The position numbers and the translations under genes are program-made. From NCBI GenBank assembly GCA_043228905.1, contig JBHGNT010000013.1, positions 62,001-126,000 of the forward strand: 64,000 bases of DNA. The letters run 5' to 3'. Source of the DNA: Azolla caroliniana (lineage: Eukaryota > Plantae > Polypodiophyta). Positions 12,778-24,914 of this stretch are shown here, in pieces (position 1 is the first letter of the stretch; each line of letters begins with the position of its first letter). The notes beneath the pieces were generated by a model. The model did no database searches and was not told where the DNA came from. It saw only the letters and a list, made by a program, of their open reading frames with translations.

Positions 12778-13501
12778 AGGGGGAGTTTGTTGGGATTTCG
12801 GTCCCTCCGGATGGGATGTCCCCGGAGATAAATGACGGCAAGCCCGGTTGCGGTTACGGAACCGGATGATGAAGAGTACCCGGCATGAAGCCGGATGAAG
12901 TGTACCCGGATGCGGATCCGGATGATGAAGAGTACCCGGATACGGATCCGGATGATGAAGACCCCGGTTACGGAACCGGATGCTGAAGACCCCGACTACG
13001 GAGCCGGATGACGAATGTACCCGGAGAGAGATCCGGATGCGGGGACATATTTGTGAATATGTTTGCCAAGGGCCCTTGAGGCTATATTTGTAAATAGCCC
13101 GAAAGTCATATGTGTATAAATATGACTTAGGGCAAACAGTTTATGTTGCTACTCATTTTTCTGTTTTTCCACTCAAGAGGAGTGAAGAGGAAGCAGCCGA
13201 GAGAGAGAGAGAGATAGAGCGCGAGAGAGACGAAGAGGTAGACGCCTCTGTGTATTTCCGCCGCCTGTGGCGAGGACAGCGAGTTCAAGGTCGTTGCCTT
13301 GCAGCTCGCCATTGTATATTTCTCTGTGCATAGTTTGGTTTGGAGTCTCGCACTCCCGTGGTTTTTCCCGTATAGGGTTTTCCACGTTAATCCCTGTGTA
13401 TCGCGTCTTTCTCTGTATTTCCTATTTTCTGCTGCATTGATCCGCGATTACTCGGTTGTGGCCGAGCGGAGAAGGTGAATCGAAGACGGTGATTCCCAAC
13501 A

Positions 13502-16500
13502 GGTACGCAATGAGGCGGCCGACGGGATCAAGGAAGAAGGCACCGAAGTGATGCCGACAGCAATTTTGGACCCTCCGGAAACAGGGGGAGTCAAGGTGAC
13601 GAGAACCGATAAGGGAAATCCGCCGCCGAATGTTGGTACTGTGGCAAGAAAGGCCACAGGGAGAGCAAGTGCTGGAAAAAGCACGTTGATTCGGAGAGAA
13701 CTGGGTCCGGAACAAGTTCCAGACATACCGACAAAGGAAATCGGCAACGATCGCACTATGCCGAAGGATCCGGAGAAGCCAGAAAAGGGTCAGTCTTCGA
13801 GTCGAGACACGAAGCAAACTCAATGAAGCAGACCGCCCCGAAATCGGACGAGGTGTGGTACGTCGACTCCGGTGCGTCAAATCACATGAAGAGCCATAAG
13901 GAGTGGTTCTCGTACCTAGAAAAACCGATGCAACCGGGAGTAGTCGCAACCGGAGACGACAGTCCGCATCCGATCGCGAATGTCGGAGAAGTTCCCCTGA
14001 GCCATGTCGGGCAGAAAGGGAAACTCATGAACGTGCGACACGTTCCGACAATCACGAAGAACTTCGTGTCGATCAGACAGATCATCGACCAAGGGATGGA
14101 GGTTCAGTTTACACACCTCGGGTGCTTCATTGAGGAAGAAGGCCGTGTTACTGTGCAAGGGCGCAGAGATGGGAGGATGTTCATCCTCGACTCTAATGAC
14201 GGTGGCACCGCAATGTTCGCGAAGGGACAAAAAGTTGAGTCGAACATCCACTTATGGCACAAGCGGATAGGCCATGTCAACTACCAGTGGCTTCAAGACC
14301 TGCAATCGAAACAGGTGGTGTTTGGATTGCCTAAATTTAGTGGCCGGAAGGCCCAAATTTGTGAAGCCTGCCAGCTTGGGAAGCAACACCGACTTCCCTT
14401 CCCCAACGAGCGTAATCGGAGCCAGAACAAGCTCGACTTGATACACTCCGATGTGTGGGGGCCGGCACAAAACATTAGTCTTGGCGGGAGCCGATATTAG
14501 TCTCCTTCATCGACAACTACACGCGACACACGTGGATCTACCTCATTGAGAGGAAGAGCGAAGTCTTCGACTGTTTCCAGGACCTCAAAGGGTTCGTGGA
14601 AACGGAAACAGGAAGAAAGATCAAGTGCCTGTAGTTGGATGGCAGAAAAGAATACTTTTCCGATCAATTCAACGGTTATCTACAACATATGGGAATTCGG
14701 CGCGAATTCAGTTGTAGATACACGCCGGAGCAAAACGACGTGGCTAAGAGGAAAAATCGGTCGGTTGTGGAAGCGGCACGGGCAATGCTGGAGGAGAAGA
14801 GCTTGCCCATGTTCTACTGGGCCGAGGCGGTAAGGACCGCGGTATACATCCAGAACCGAATCGGAGACAAAGCGTCGGCGCACGAGCTATATTTCGGAAG
14901 GAAGTCGAACTTGCGACACTTGAGAGTTTTCGGGAGCATTGCATATGCGCATATACTGAAGGAGAAAAGGAGGAAGTTGGACGCGAAAGCCGAGAAGTGT
15001 ATCTTGGTCGGCTATTCGGATGAGCAGAAGGGTTATAAATGTTATAACCCACGCACCAAACAAGCGTGCGTGAGCCGCAACGTTGTGTTTGACGTGTCCG
15101 CGTCTTGGTACTTGCCTCCGACTCCGGATCTTAACTCCAATCCGAGTTCTAACGATGAGGTCAACGAGACTGAGATGCCTCCGGATGAGCCTGAAATTAG
15201 GACCCGCGAAGAGAGTCCGATTTCGTTTCGGTTAAGTGGACCGAATGGACGACTGAGCCGGTTCGACCAGTTCGATGAAGAGCCGACGAGTAGTGGAGAC
15301 TCGGCCATGCATTCCCTGCGCAGGAAGCTGAGGAGACGGCTTACGCGCAAAGGGAAAGGGAAGAAGAAGGTGTTGGATTCCGGCACGGATAGGAACGAGT
15401 CAGACCGACGCGAGTCCAACTGCGAGGGAAGCAGTGACGGGTCTTCAAGAGCGAAGTCCGCGTCGGCCGAGAAGACCTCGACATCAGCTAATGACCGATT
15501 ACGCCGATCTACCCGCCAGAAGAACCCAGTTCTGCGGTTCAGATACAATGAGTACATGGTGCATCATTATGCATACATGACCCATGTTGCGGAAGTGCGT
15601 GAGACAGAGAGCTATGCAAAAGCGGCGAAAGACGCGAACTGGCACACCGCGATGGAGGAAGAGATGCACGCATTGGCGGAAAATGAGACCTGGGACCTGG
15701 TTGACGCACCGAAGGGTGTGAAGCCAATCGAATGTAGGTGGGTGTACAAGGTCAAGTACAACACTGACGGCTCGGTCAACCGATACAAGGCCCGGTTAGT
15801 GGCAAAAGGCTATGCGCAGAAACACGGCATCGACTACAATGAGACGTTTGCACCGGTTGCGAAGATGACGATCGTCCGTGTTTTGCTCGCGGTAGCTGCG
15901 GCAAAGGGGTGGCAATTACATTAGATGGATGTAAAGAATGCGTTCCTGCAAGGTGAGCTTGAGGAACAGGTGTACATGGTATAGCCCCCTGGATTTCACT
16001 CCGGAACGAACACGTCGGCAGTGTGCCGATTGAAGAAGTCCCTTTACAGACTGAAGCAAGCCCCGCGTGCCTGGAACGTGAAGATCACGCAGCAATTGCG
16101 TCGGATGGGCTTTGCAACGTCAAAATCGGACCCTTCCCTATTCATCCGGAAAGGTCGACTCGGTCCGGTCAATATTTTACTATACGTTGATGGCTTGGGC
16201 ATCACCGGCGCCGACCTAGGTGAAATCGACCGCGTGAAGCTCCAGCTTGCGGCATCGTTCGACATGAAGGATCTGGGGGATCTTCATTACTTCCTCGGGA
16301 TCGAAGTGATCCGTACCCCCGAAGGCATATTGATCAGCCAACGCCATTATGTGCTGAGTATGCTCTTCAAATTCAGGATGGTCAACTGTAAGTCCGTCTC
16401 GACTCCTCTGGATAGAACCATGAAGCTTCGCCCCGAGTCCCGAAAGGTATGCGACCCAACGAGGTTCCAACAGATAGTCAGAAGCCTTATATACTTGACC

Positions 16501-16585
16501 ATCACCCGACCAGATCTTAACTACCCGGTCGGGGTGACCGGGGGCTACTATATCGATCTGATACAGCCCCGCAGTTGGTCAGCTA
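13502..16585 (+). pseudogene. Copia A gag-pol segment 2 (CCHC, PR, IN, RT) with stops, frameshifts and a deletion
   Basis: [56 protein letters not shown]. Confidence 0.9.
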
Positions 16586-16980
16586 TGTTGGCCGGTCAGA
16601 AGAGCAAGGACAAGTGGGAAGGCGGAGTCGGATCGGATAATAGGAAGTAAATAATAGTAGAATTATTATTCGGAGGGACGGATCCGGTACAGTGGTACCG
16701 ATCCGGATCCGGACCAATTCGGATGTCGGTTGCCTAAGCGCACCGATTGTAACCTTGCCGGATGCCTATAAAAGGATCCGATGATTTGTAAAGGGTTGGA
16801 CGGAAGTAATACAATAGTAATTATTGCGTGTTTATCTGTATCTCGTATTGTTTACCGTCTGTGCTTAATTGTAATCATCTTACGCGTGTAACCTAGCATC
16901 CAATCCTTACCACCCCTTTGGAGAAGTGTCGGATAGACACCTGTGTTGAGGCTAGTCCGGCCAGGCAGACAACACTATTT

Positions 16981-16991
16981 TGGCGACCACA
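16981..16991 (+). promoter_or_regulatory. PBS, tRNA-Arg(UCG)-type
   Basis: TGGCGACCACA is complementary to the recalled plant tRNA-Arg(UCG) end TGTGGTCGCCA; 6 nt after the 5' LTR. Confidence 0.7.
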
Positions 16992-17026
16992 ATTCCTGCA
17001 AAAAGCAGAGGACAACCGGGGGATGG

Positions 17027-19452
17027 ATGTCTAGACCAAACGACGACCACATCACCGAACGAGGGAGACGATACACCGAACGCGAGCAACGACGGGAAGC
17101 CCTGCAGCAAGCCGTCGACGAGATCCGGCGGGATTGGTCATTCTCCAAAACTCTTCGGAGAGTCGCAGAAGAAGCACTGCAGTTCCGGGTTCTGCAAATC
17201 CCCGACGAAGGCAGTAGCATAACAAGCCTGCAAGAGGCGGAAACGATACTGCAAACGCTCGCCGGGGGCGACGGGGACTCGGAAGCATTCGCAACACTTG
17301 AGGCGGAGTCGGAAAGTGACGGAAGCGTTGCATCCCGGTATAAAAGCAGCCACGACACACCAAACGACCGGAGGACGAGGGGTCGGAAGACTCAGTAACA
17401 CCGGCGCCAGAGGAAGAAATAACCCTGGAATTCGGTGACCGGCAATCGCCGAGGGAGGCCGACCGGATATCGACAACAACCGCGAAGGAACCGAAGGAGC
17501 GGATACCGACAACACCCGCGGAGGAACCAAAGGACTGGACACCGGCAACACCCGCAGAGGAACCAAAGGTTCTCACACCAACGCCAACAGCGGACAGAGA
17601 GCGGAGGAAGCAGGAGAATCAGTTGGACGACACGATGCCGTACCCGTACCCAAAGTACCGGGATGAGGCCGACGCGGAGGCACACGTGTACGCATTCCTC
17701 CAAACATGGGAAGCCAACCATGTCTCCCAAAGACTGACGGAACCCAAAGCCGAATGATCCAAAGTCGCCGAATTCGGCATAACCTTAGAAGGACCGGCGG
17801 CCCGATGGCACGCAAAGCACTTACCGGGCAGCTTTGCCACATTCGATGCCTTGAAGACCAGATTCCTCAGGCTTTTTCACAGACAATTTGAGCAAAGGGA
17901 ATTGGTCGGGCAGTTCTACACCACCCGGCAGGAAGAGAACGAGACTGTGCCACAATTCATCATTCGGTTTCAGACCGTGCATAGCCAACTGACAAGAGCA
18001 CCACCCGAAGACGAAGCCAAAGCAGTCTTTTTGGCCGCGCTGAAAGAGCCACTTCGAACAATGTGCGGAGTCCTTGATTTCCAAACCAGCACAATGGACC
18101 AAGTTATTGATCGGGTTTTAGAAATGGACAAGACTAGCCCCTTCTTGTCGATGGGGATGTTACACCGGGCACTCCCGAAGGAGGAAGACCTGAGGTTCCG
18201 ACAGGCCTTACAATGCACAACATGCCTAAATTCGGGGCACTCAACAGTAGACTGCACCCTGTGGACACAATGTATGATCTGCAACTCTCGAGCCCATACA
18301 ACGGACCGATGCGAATATAACCTGTTAAATCGACAGGCAGCACCAGTTCGACACATAGAACCGCGCAATCAGAACCCGGACGAGGATCGATTCCGGAGAG
18401 ACGACCGCTACCAACGCGAACGCGGTAACAGATACGCGGATAGAAGACGCGATAACTATGACCGAGAGGAGAGACGCAGAGATAGCTACCCCTGGGACCG
18501 GTACGACCGAGACGAATCCCCGGAATACGAATGACGCAGAGAAGAGAGGCGACAAGGGAACTGAAATTTCCGACGGAATCAGAAGCGTGGATTTTTCCGA
18601 AGAGAGGAACGTCGGGAGGCAGCGAGGAATGATAACCCGGTATCGGTACCGGATAACCGAAAAACCGAAGACGACCGCCGGAGCATACCCACCCTCCAAA
18701 CTGGGGACAAAGGAGAAACGAGCAACAGTCACAAGGTGTACTGTTATTACTGCCGTAAGGAAGGCCACTATAGTAACCAATGCCCAAGCAAAACCAATGA
18801 CAAGCAGCCGGAAGTCAACATGGTTACAACCGAAATAACAGAAGTACAGCAGGTCACAACCCGGTCAAAGGGAAAGACCGCCGAGTGGGAAGCCCAGGAG
18901 GCAATCAGAAAACAAGCGGCACAATGGATCAAGCAGGCCAATGAACAGAATGCGGCAGAAGTAAGAGACCAAAATATGCCAAAAGACGAAGAAATCATGC
19001 AGCCAGGAGAAAACCCGACGTGGCAAGCGCTACAGGACTGTCAAATCGTGTTGCCGTTAGCACGACTACTACAATTGGTGCCACGGTTTACGGCAGACTT
19101 ACAGGCATCCGTGAGCAAACCGAAGCCGACGCCAGTACCGGCATTCTTCTCCAACCCGGAGGAAGGACCAGCGGTGGTCGATACAAGTAGCCCGGCGATC
19201 ACGGCAATCGTGAAAGGAAAGGAAATTGCTCGAACGATTATTGACGGAGGCTCCGGGGTAAATGTCATCAGCCAACAGACATGCAACGACCTGGACATCC
19301 GGGAATGGGAACCATGCCCCTTCTGGTTACGCATGGCGGATACCAGCTCAGTCCGACCGACCGGGCTTATCCGGGATTTGGAAGTAACGATCGGAGGCCA
19401 CGTATTCCGGATATCGGCCGTGGTGCTGCAGCTGAATGTACAAGGCGCGTAC
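17027..19452 (+). pseudogene. Gypsy D gag-protease (segment 1)
   Basis: Capsid AEFGITLEGPAARW..., three CCHC knuckles, protease IIDGGSGVNVI. TGA stops at about 17756, 18532 and 18562; a frameshift near 17370. Confidence 0.88.
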
Positions 19453-22400
19453 TATTAGATATAATCAATGATCAGCCCCAAGTTGTAAATCTATCCCCAT
19501 ATGTGCTCTTAGAGTGCACATTTTGTGATAGCGCCCCAAATGAGGAGCGGCTAGTGTGCAACTCGACCATATGGGTCGATAAGGTGTTAATCTAGGAAAC
19601 CGTAGATGCGTAGGACACAATATATTTAGGAAAGAGAGAAATAGATAAAAGGATTGGCTAATCAAGTCAGCTAGAATATTTTGTGGGCAAGTTACGATGT
19701 ACTTAGTCTTGAAGTATGCGTCATTGACTTCAAGATAAGTATTATCTAGCACTAGCCTGTACCTAGGGAGTTGGGTCATATTAAATGACAAGTCAGTTGA
19801 CAGAAAAGGAATATCTCCACTACTGTCAACTGACTTGCACATTTATACTAAGACCAAACATAGATTATAAGTCACTTTTCTCACACAGTGGTCAGATTGA
19901 TCATTAGTCCCCACTAATTTTGTAGTGAGCCGGTCCATATCCTATCTAAGCTCTAAGGTGTGAGCGCATGGGAAAACTACCATTTTGAACTACTCTCATA
20001 TGTAATAGAAATTCTGTTTTCATATATCCATCTCTGCAGTTGTAACTCTATATACCTATCTACTCGATTCTCAATATTTCTAATATGGTATCAGAGCGAA
20101 GAGGTTGATCTAGATTAGGTATATACGGGTAGTTGTTGTCTAGCAACAGAGAGAAATAGAGAGAGAGAGAGAGAGAGAGAGACAGAGTATCAATGGCCTT
20201 GTCCACGAATGTTGCAGCTGCTCCATTGCGCATTCGCCCACCTCCATTGTCTGATGGAAAGCTAGATGGAACCAACTACACTCTATGGAAGTTCAAAATG
20301 TCTGCCATTTTGGATTCCTACGAGTTGTTGGAAACAATCATGGGACCCACAGGGGGAGACCCTGAGCCCATGGCAACCTTTGACCCTGCACACCCTACCA
20401 CATCAATTCCTCCAAATGTTGATCTACTTCGAGCCTGGAAGAGAAGGAATGCTGATGCGCTATGTACCATAGTCACTGGTGTATGTGACTCCGTACTAAC
20501 ACTAGTGCAACATACAACTAGGGCACATGAAGCTTGGAGCATATTGGCCAGCCAGTATGAGACCAGAAACTATACAAGGATACAAAACCTCGAAAATCAG
20601 CTTGCTGCAGAGAAGCTCGCTGATGGAGAGAAAGTAGAATCCTTTGTAAAAAGGATTAAGGATCTTCAAGATCAGCTGGCGGCTGTTGGAGTAGTCGTCT
20701 CTCAAGAGGATATGGCTCGTCGGTGCATTCGAGTACTTCCTTTCAAGTATGATGGCATTGTGACAGCATTGAACACTCAGGTTCGACCCACTCCTTTAAA
20801 ATTTGATGAACTAAGTGCAATGCTGCTTGAAGAGGAGCTTCGGCTGAAGACAAGAGAAGAAAGGGAAGATTCAGCATTTGTCTCTAGGACTAAGGGTGAA
20901 GGGGCATCCAATTCAAACAATGCGAATAGGATACCGAAGAAGAAGAAGTTCAATGGATCGTGTTTCTACTGTGACAAGAAGGGTCACACAATCAAGGATT
21001 GTCGAAAGAAGATGGCGGATGAGAAGAATGGTTCTAATAAGACTTCTTGGAGAGAGCCCGAGTCCGCTAACAATGTCGTAGATAAACTTGAGTTATGGGT
21101 CGCAACTGAAGAAGTGTGTTCTTCAGTTGACACTCAAGTTGTTGATGAGTCTTGGATTCTCGATAGTGGAGCATCCCGACATATGACCAGTAATCGTGAC
21201 TGGTACAGTTCTTGGACACCTCTACAAGAGCCCATCAATGTTGTGGTCAGGAACAATGCTCGATGTCCGGCCAAAGGAACCGGAACCGTCTCCCTCAAAG
21301 CAACGACCGGTGGGACAAAGCATCTCTCTCAAGTGTTGTACGTGCCAGATCTGAAGAAGAATCTACTGTCCATTTCTGCACTGACTGACAAGGGTCTTGA
21401 TGTTCGATTCAAGAAGTCGGGTGCAGAAATAACAGATTCTGCTGGCAAGGTTGTAGGAATAGGGGTGAGGCGCAACAATCTCTATGAGCTGAGCGCGTTT
21501 ACCATTTCTACTGACCACAGCACAAGTACCAACACAAAGCAATGGCATGAGAGATTTGGGCATCGCAACGTTGCTGTGTTGAAGGAGATGAAGAAGTCGA
21601 ATATGGTAGTTGGGTTGCCAACCCTATCTGACTTAAGTCATGTTTGTGATGCTTGTATGATGGGCAAGCATCAAAGATCAGCCATTCCAAAAGAGAGTCA
21701 AAATCGGGCAAAGACTCCTCTACAGCTAATACACATTGACCTCTCTGGAAAAATGGTGACTCCTGCAATGGGTGGATCTCTCTACTATATGCTAATAGTC
21801 GACAACTTCAGCAGAAAGATGTGGGTTTACTTCCTTCGGGAGAAGGCTGAAGCTTTTAAAATCTTCAAAAGATGGCATAAGTTTGTCGAGCAAGAGTCTG
21901 GAAAGTTAGTGAAGGAGCTACGCTCTGATCGAGGTGGAGAATTCTTATCAATAGAATTCTGTGAGTATTGCAAAGAGCATGGAATTAAGCGCCAACTTAC
22001 AACTGCCTACACCCCATAACAAAATGGCGTTGTCGAACGTCGAAATCGAACAGTTGTCGAGATGGCTAGGTGTATGTTGAAGGCACAAGCGCTGCCCGAC
22101 CCATTCTGGGCTGAAGCAGTGAACACAGCAGTTTACATCCTCAATCGGAGCTACACGAAGGCACTTCAAGGGAAAACACCCCAAGAAGCTTATTCAGGCA
22201 AGAAACCTTCAGTGCTGCACTTCAGAACCTTTGGGTGTATGTGCTACGCACATATTCCAGATGTGAGCAGAAAGAAGTTGGATGCTAAAAGCAAAAAGTG
22301 TATCTTTCTCGGATATAGTGAAGAGTCAAAGGCCTATCGACTCTACGATCCAGAGGCAAGAAAGATATTGACAAGCCGCGATGTGGTGTTCGATGAGGAA

Positions 22401-24914
22401 CAACCACAGCTAACTGAGAACAACGATTCTCAAGTTATCTCATCAACTGAAGAAGTATTTTACCCAATCCCGACCCATTATCCAAAAAAGGAAGCTGAAC
22501 CATCTGATGGTAAAGGTTCACTAGTTCAGCCTATGCCAGTCCCACATGTAAAGAAAATACCTAAGTGGGCTCAACAACTCTTCAATGATCATACTCCTAA
22601 AGTTGAGTTTCCTGAAACTTCAACTGATGGATTACGAAGATCAAGAAGAATACATGAGCAAGGAAGAACCTCTGACCACATTGTCAACATGGCTCTGATG
22701 GTGGACATCATAGGCTCAGTGAGTGAGCCGACCTCGGTGGAGGAAGCTATGGCCGACTCGAAGTGGAAAGAGGCGATGATATCAGAATATGATAGCATCA
22801 TGAAAAATGACACATGGGAGTTGGTAGAGAGGCCAACAAAGAAGAAGGTGATAGGCACGAAGTGGGTATGGAAAGTAAAGTATAAAGCTGATGGCTCTTT
22901 GGAGAAATTCAAGGCCAGGCTAGTAGCGCAAGGATACTCCCAAATTGAAGGGTTCGATGTACAAGAAACATTTGCCCCGACAGCTCGCATGACAACAATT
23001 CGAATGGTCATAGCGTTGGCTGCTTCAAGAGGATGGCCGATTTATCAAATGGATGTCAAATCAGCATTTCTGAATGGGCATCTCAAGGAGGAGGTATATG
23101 TGACACAACCACCGGGGTTTGAGATACCGAATTCAGAAAACAAAGTTTGCAAGCTGAAGAAGGCACTATATGGTCTAAAGCAAGCACCAAGAGCTTGGAA
23201 CAAGAGGATAGACAGCTTCTTACGATCAATCGACTTTAAGCAATGTGCTTCGGATGCAAGTATGTATGTCAAAATGAAGGACGGGAAACAAGTCATCATT
23301 ATCATTTACGTGGATGATCTAGTACTTACTGGTGACCATGAAGAGTGCATTGGCCAAACACAAGAGTGTTTGAAAACTGAGTTTGAAATGACAGACTTGG
23401 GGATTCTACACTACTTCCTTGGAATTGAGGTTTGGCAAACCTCGGTCGGCATCTTCATGTCACAAAGAAAGTATGCAACAGAGATCTTGAAGACCTTCGG
23501 GATGATGGACAGCAAGTCGAAGTCGACTCCAATGGAGTCAAACTGCAAGCTATCCCAAGAAGACTCATCACCAATGGTTGACATAAGGAAGTATAGACAA
23601 CTAGTAGGAAGTCTAATTTTCCTATGCAACACTAGGCCGGATATTTGTTTTGCAGTCAATGTGGTGAGTCGATTCAGCAACAAGCCGAAGGAGACTCATT
23701 GGAAAGCTGCTCTACGTGTATTAAAGTACATTGTGGGTACTTTAAATTATGGAATCTTCTACAAGCCAACAATTGACCAACTTAGTGGATATTGCGACTC
23801 CGATTGGGCTGGAGATAGTGATTCCAGAAAATCAGTTTCTGGATATTGTTTTTCAATAGGATCTGGAGCTGTTTCATGGAGTAGTAAAAAACAACCAACA
23901 GTGGCACTATCTTCAACGGAGGCAGAATACAAAGCAGCATGCATAGCGGCATGCGAGGTAGTTTGGCTAAGAAGAATCCTTATGGATGTGGCAGTCCCAA
24001 TAAGGACGGCAACGGTATTGAGGTGTGACAATCAGAGTTGCATGGCCATTGCCAAGAACCCCGTATTTCATGCACGTACTAAACACATAGAGATTCAGTA
24101 TCACTATGTGCGGGAGCTAATAAATGATGAGATTGTGGAGCTTGAGTACTGTCCAACATCAGAAAATGCTGCAGATATCTTCACAAAGGCGCTTGGAGCA
24201 GAACAGTTGCAACAACACCTTCGACGACTAGGTGTTGGCCCAATTCCAAGTGAACTCAATGGGTTGATCATTGAGGGGGCGTGTTAGATATAATCAATGA
24301 TCAGCCCCAAGTTGTAAATCTATCCCCATATGTGCTCTTAGAGTGCACATTTTGTGATAGCGCCCCAAATGAGGAGCGGCTAGTGTGCAACTCGACCATA
24401 TGGGTCGATAAGGTGTTAATCTAGGAAACCGTAGATGCGTAGGACACAATATATTTAGGAAAGAGAGAAATAGATAAAAGGATTGGCTAATCAAGTCAGC
24501 TAGAATATTTTGTGGGCAAGTTACGATGTACTTAGTCTTGAAGTATGCGTCATTGACTTCAAGATAAGTATTATCTAGCACTAGCCTGTACCTAGGGAGT
24601 TGGGTCATATTAAATGACAAGTCAGTTGACAGAAAAGGAATATCTCCACTACTGTCAACTGACTTGCACATTTATACTAAGACCAAACATAGATTATAAG
24701 TCACTTTTCTCACACAGTGGTCAGATTGATCATTAGTCCCCACTAATTTTGTAGTGAGCCGGTCCATATCCTATCTAAGCTCTAAGGTGTGAGCGCATGG
24801 GAAAACTACCATTTTGAACTACTCTCATATGTAATAGAAATTCTGTTTTCATATATCCATCTCTGCAGTTGTAACTCTATATACCTATCTACTCGATTCT
24901 CAATATTTCTAATA
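19453..24914 (+). mobile_element. Ty1/copia element C (Ale/Ivana-like), full length, TA-ended LTRs
   Basis: 633-bp LTRs 19453-20085 and 24282-24914. TSD CGTAC at 19448-19452 and 24915-24919; removal restores QGAYPLLLGRPWL. PBS TGGTATCAGAGC at 20086. PPT TTGAGGGGGCG. Confidence 0.97.
20193..24287 (+). pseudogene. Copia C gag-pol with one in-frame TAA (22017-22019)
   Basis: [64 protein letters not shown]. Confidence 0.93.

Larger units (their letters stand above)
7961..13501 (+). mobile_element. Ty1/copia element B (Tnt1/Tork-like), full length, LTRs apparently identical
   Basis: 714-bp LTRs 7961-8674 and 12788-13501. TSD GGTAC at 7956-7960 and 13502-13506. PBS TGGTATCAGAGC at 8678-8689. PPT GAAGGGGGAG. 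Confidence 0.97.

Noticed and set aside
19881-19942. A/B-box-like motif in Copia C LTRs
   Set aside because: Poor B-box match and atypical spacing.
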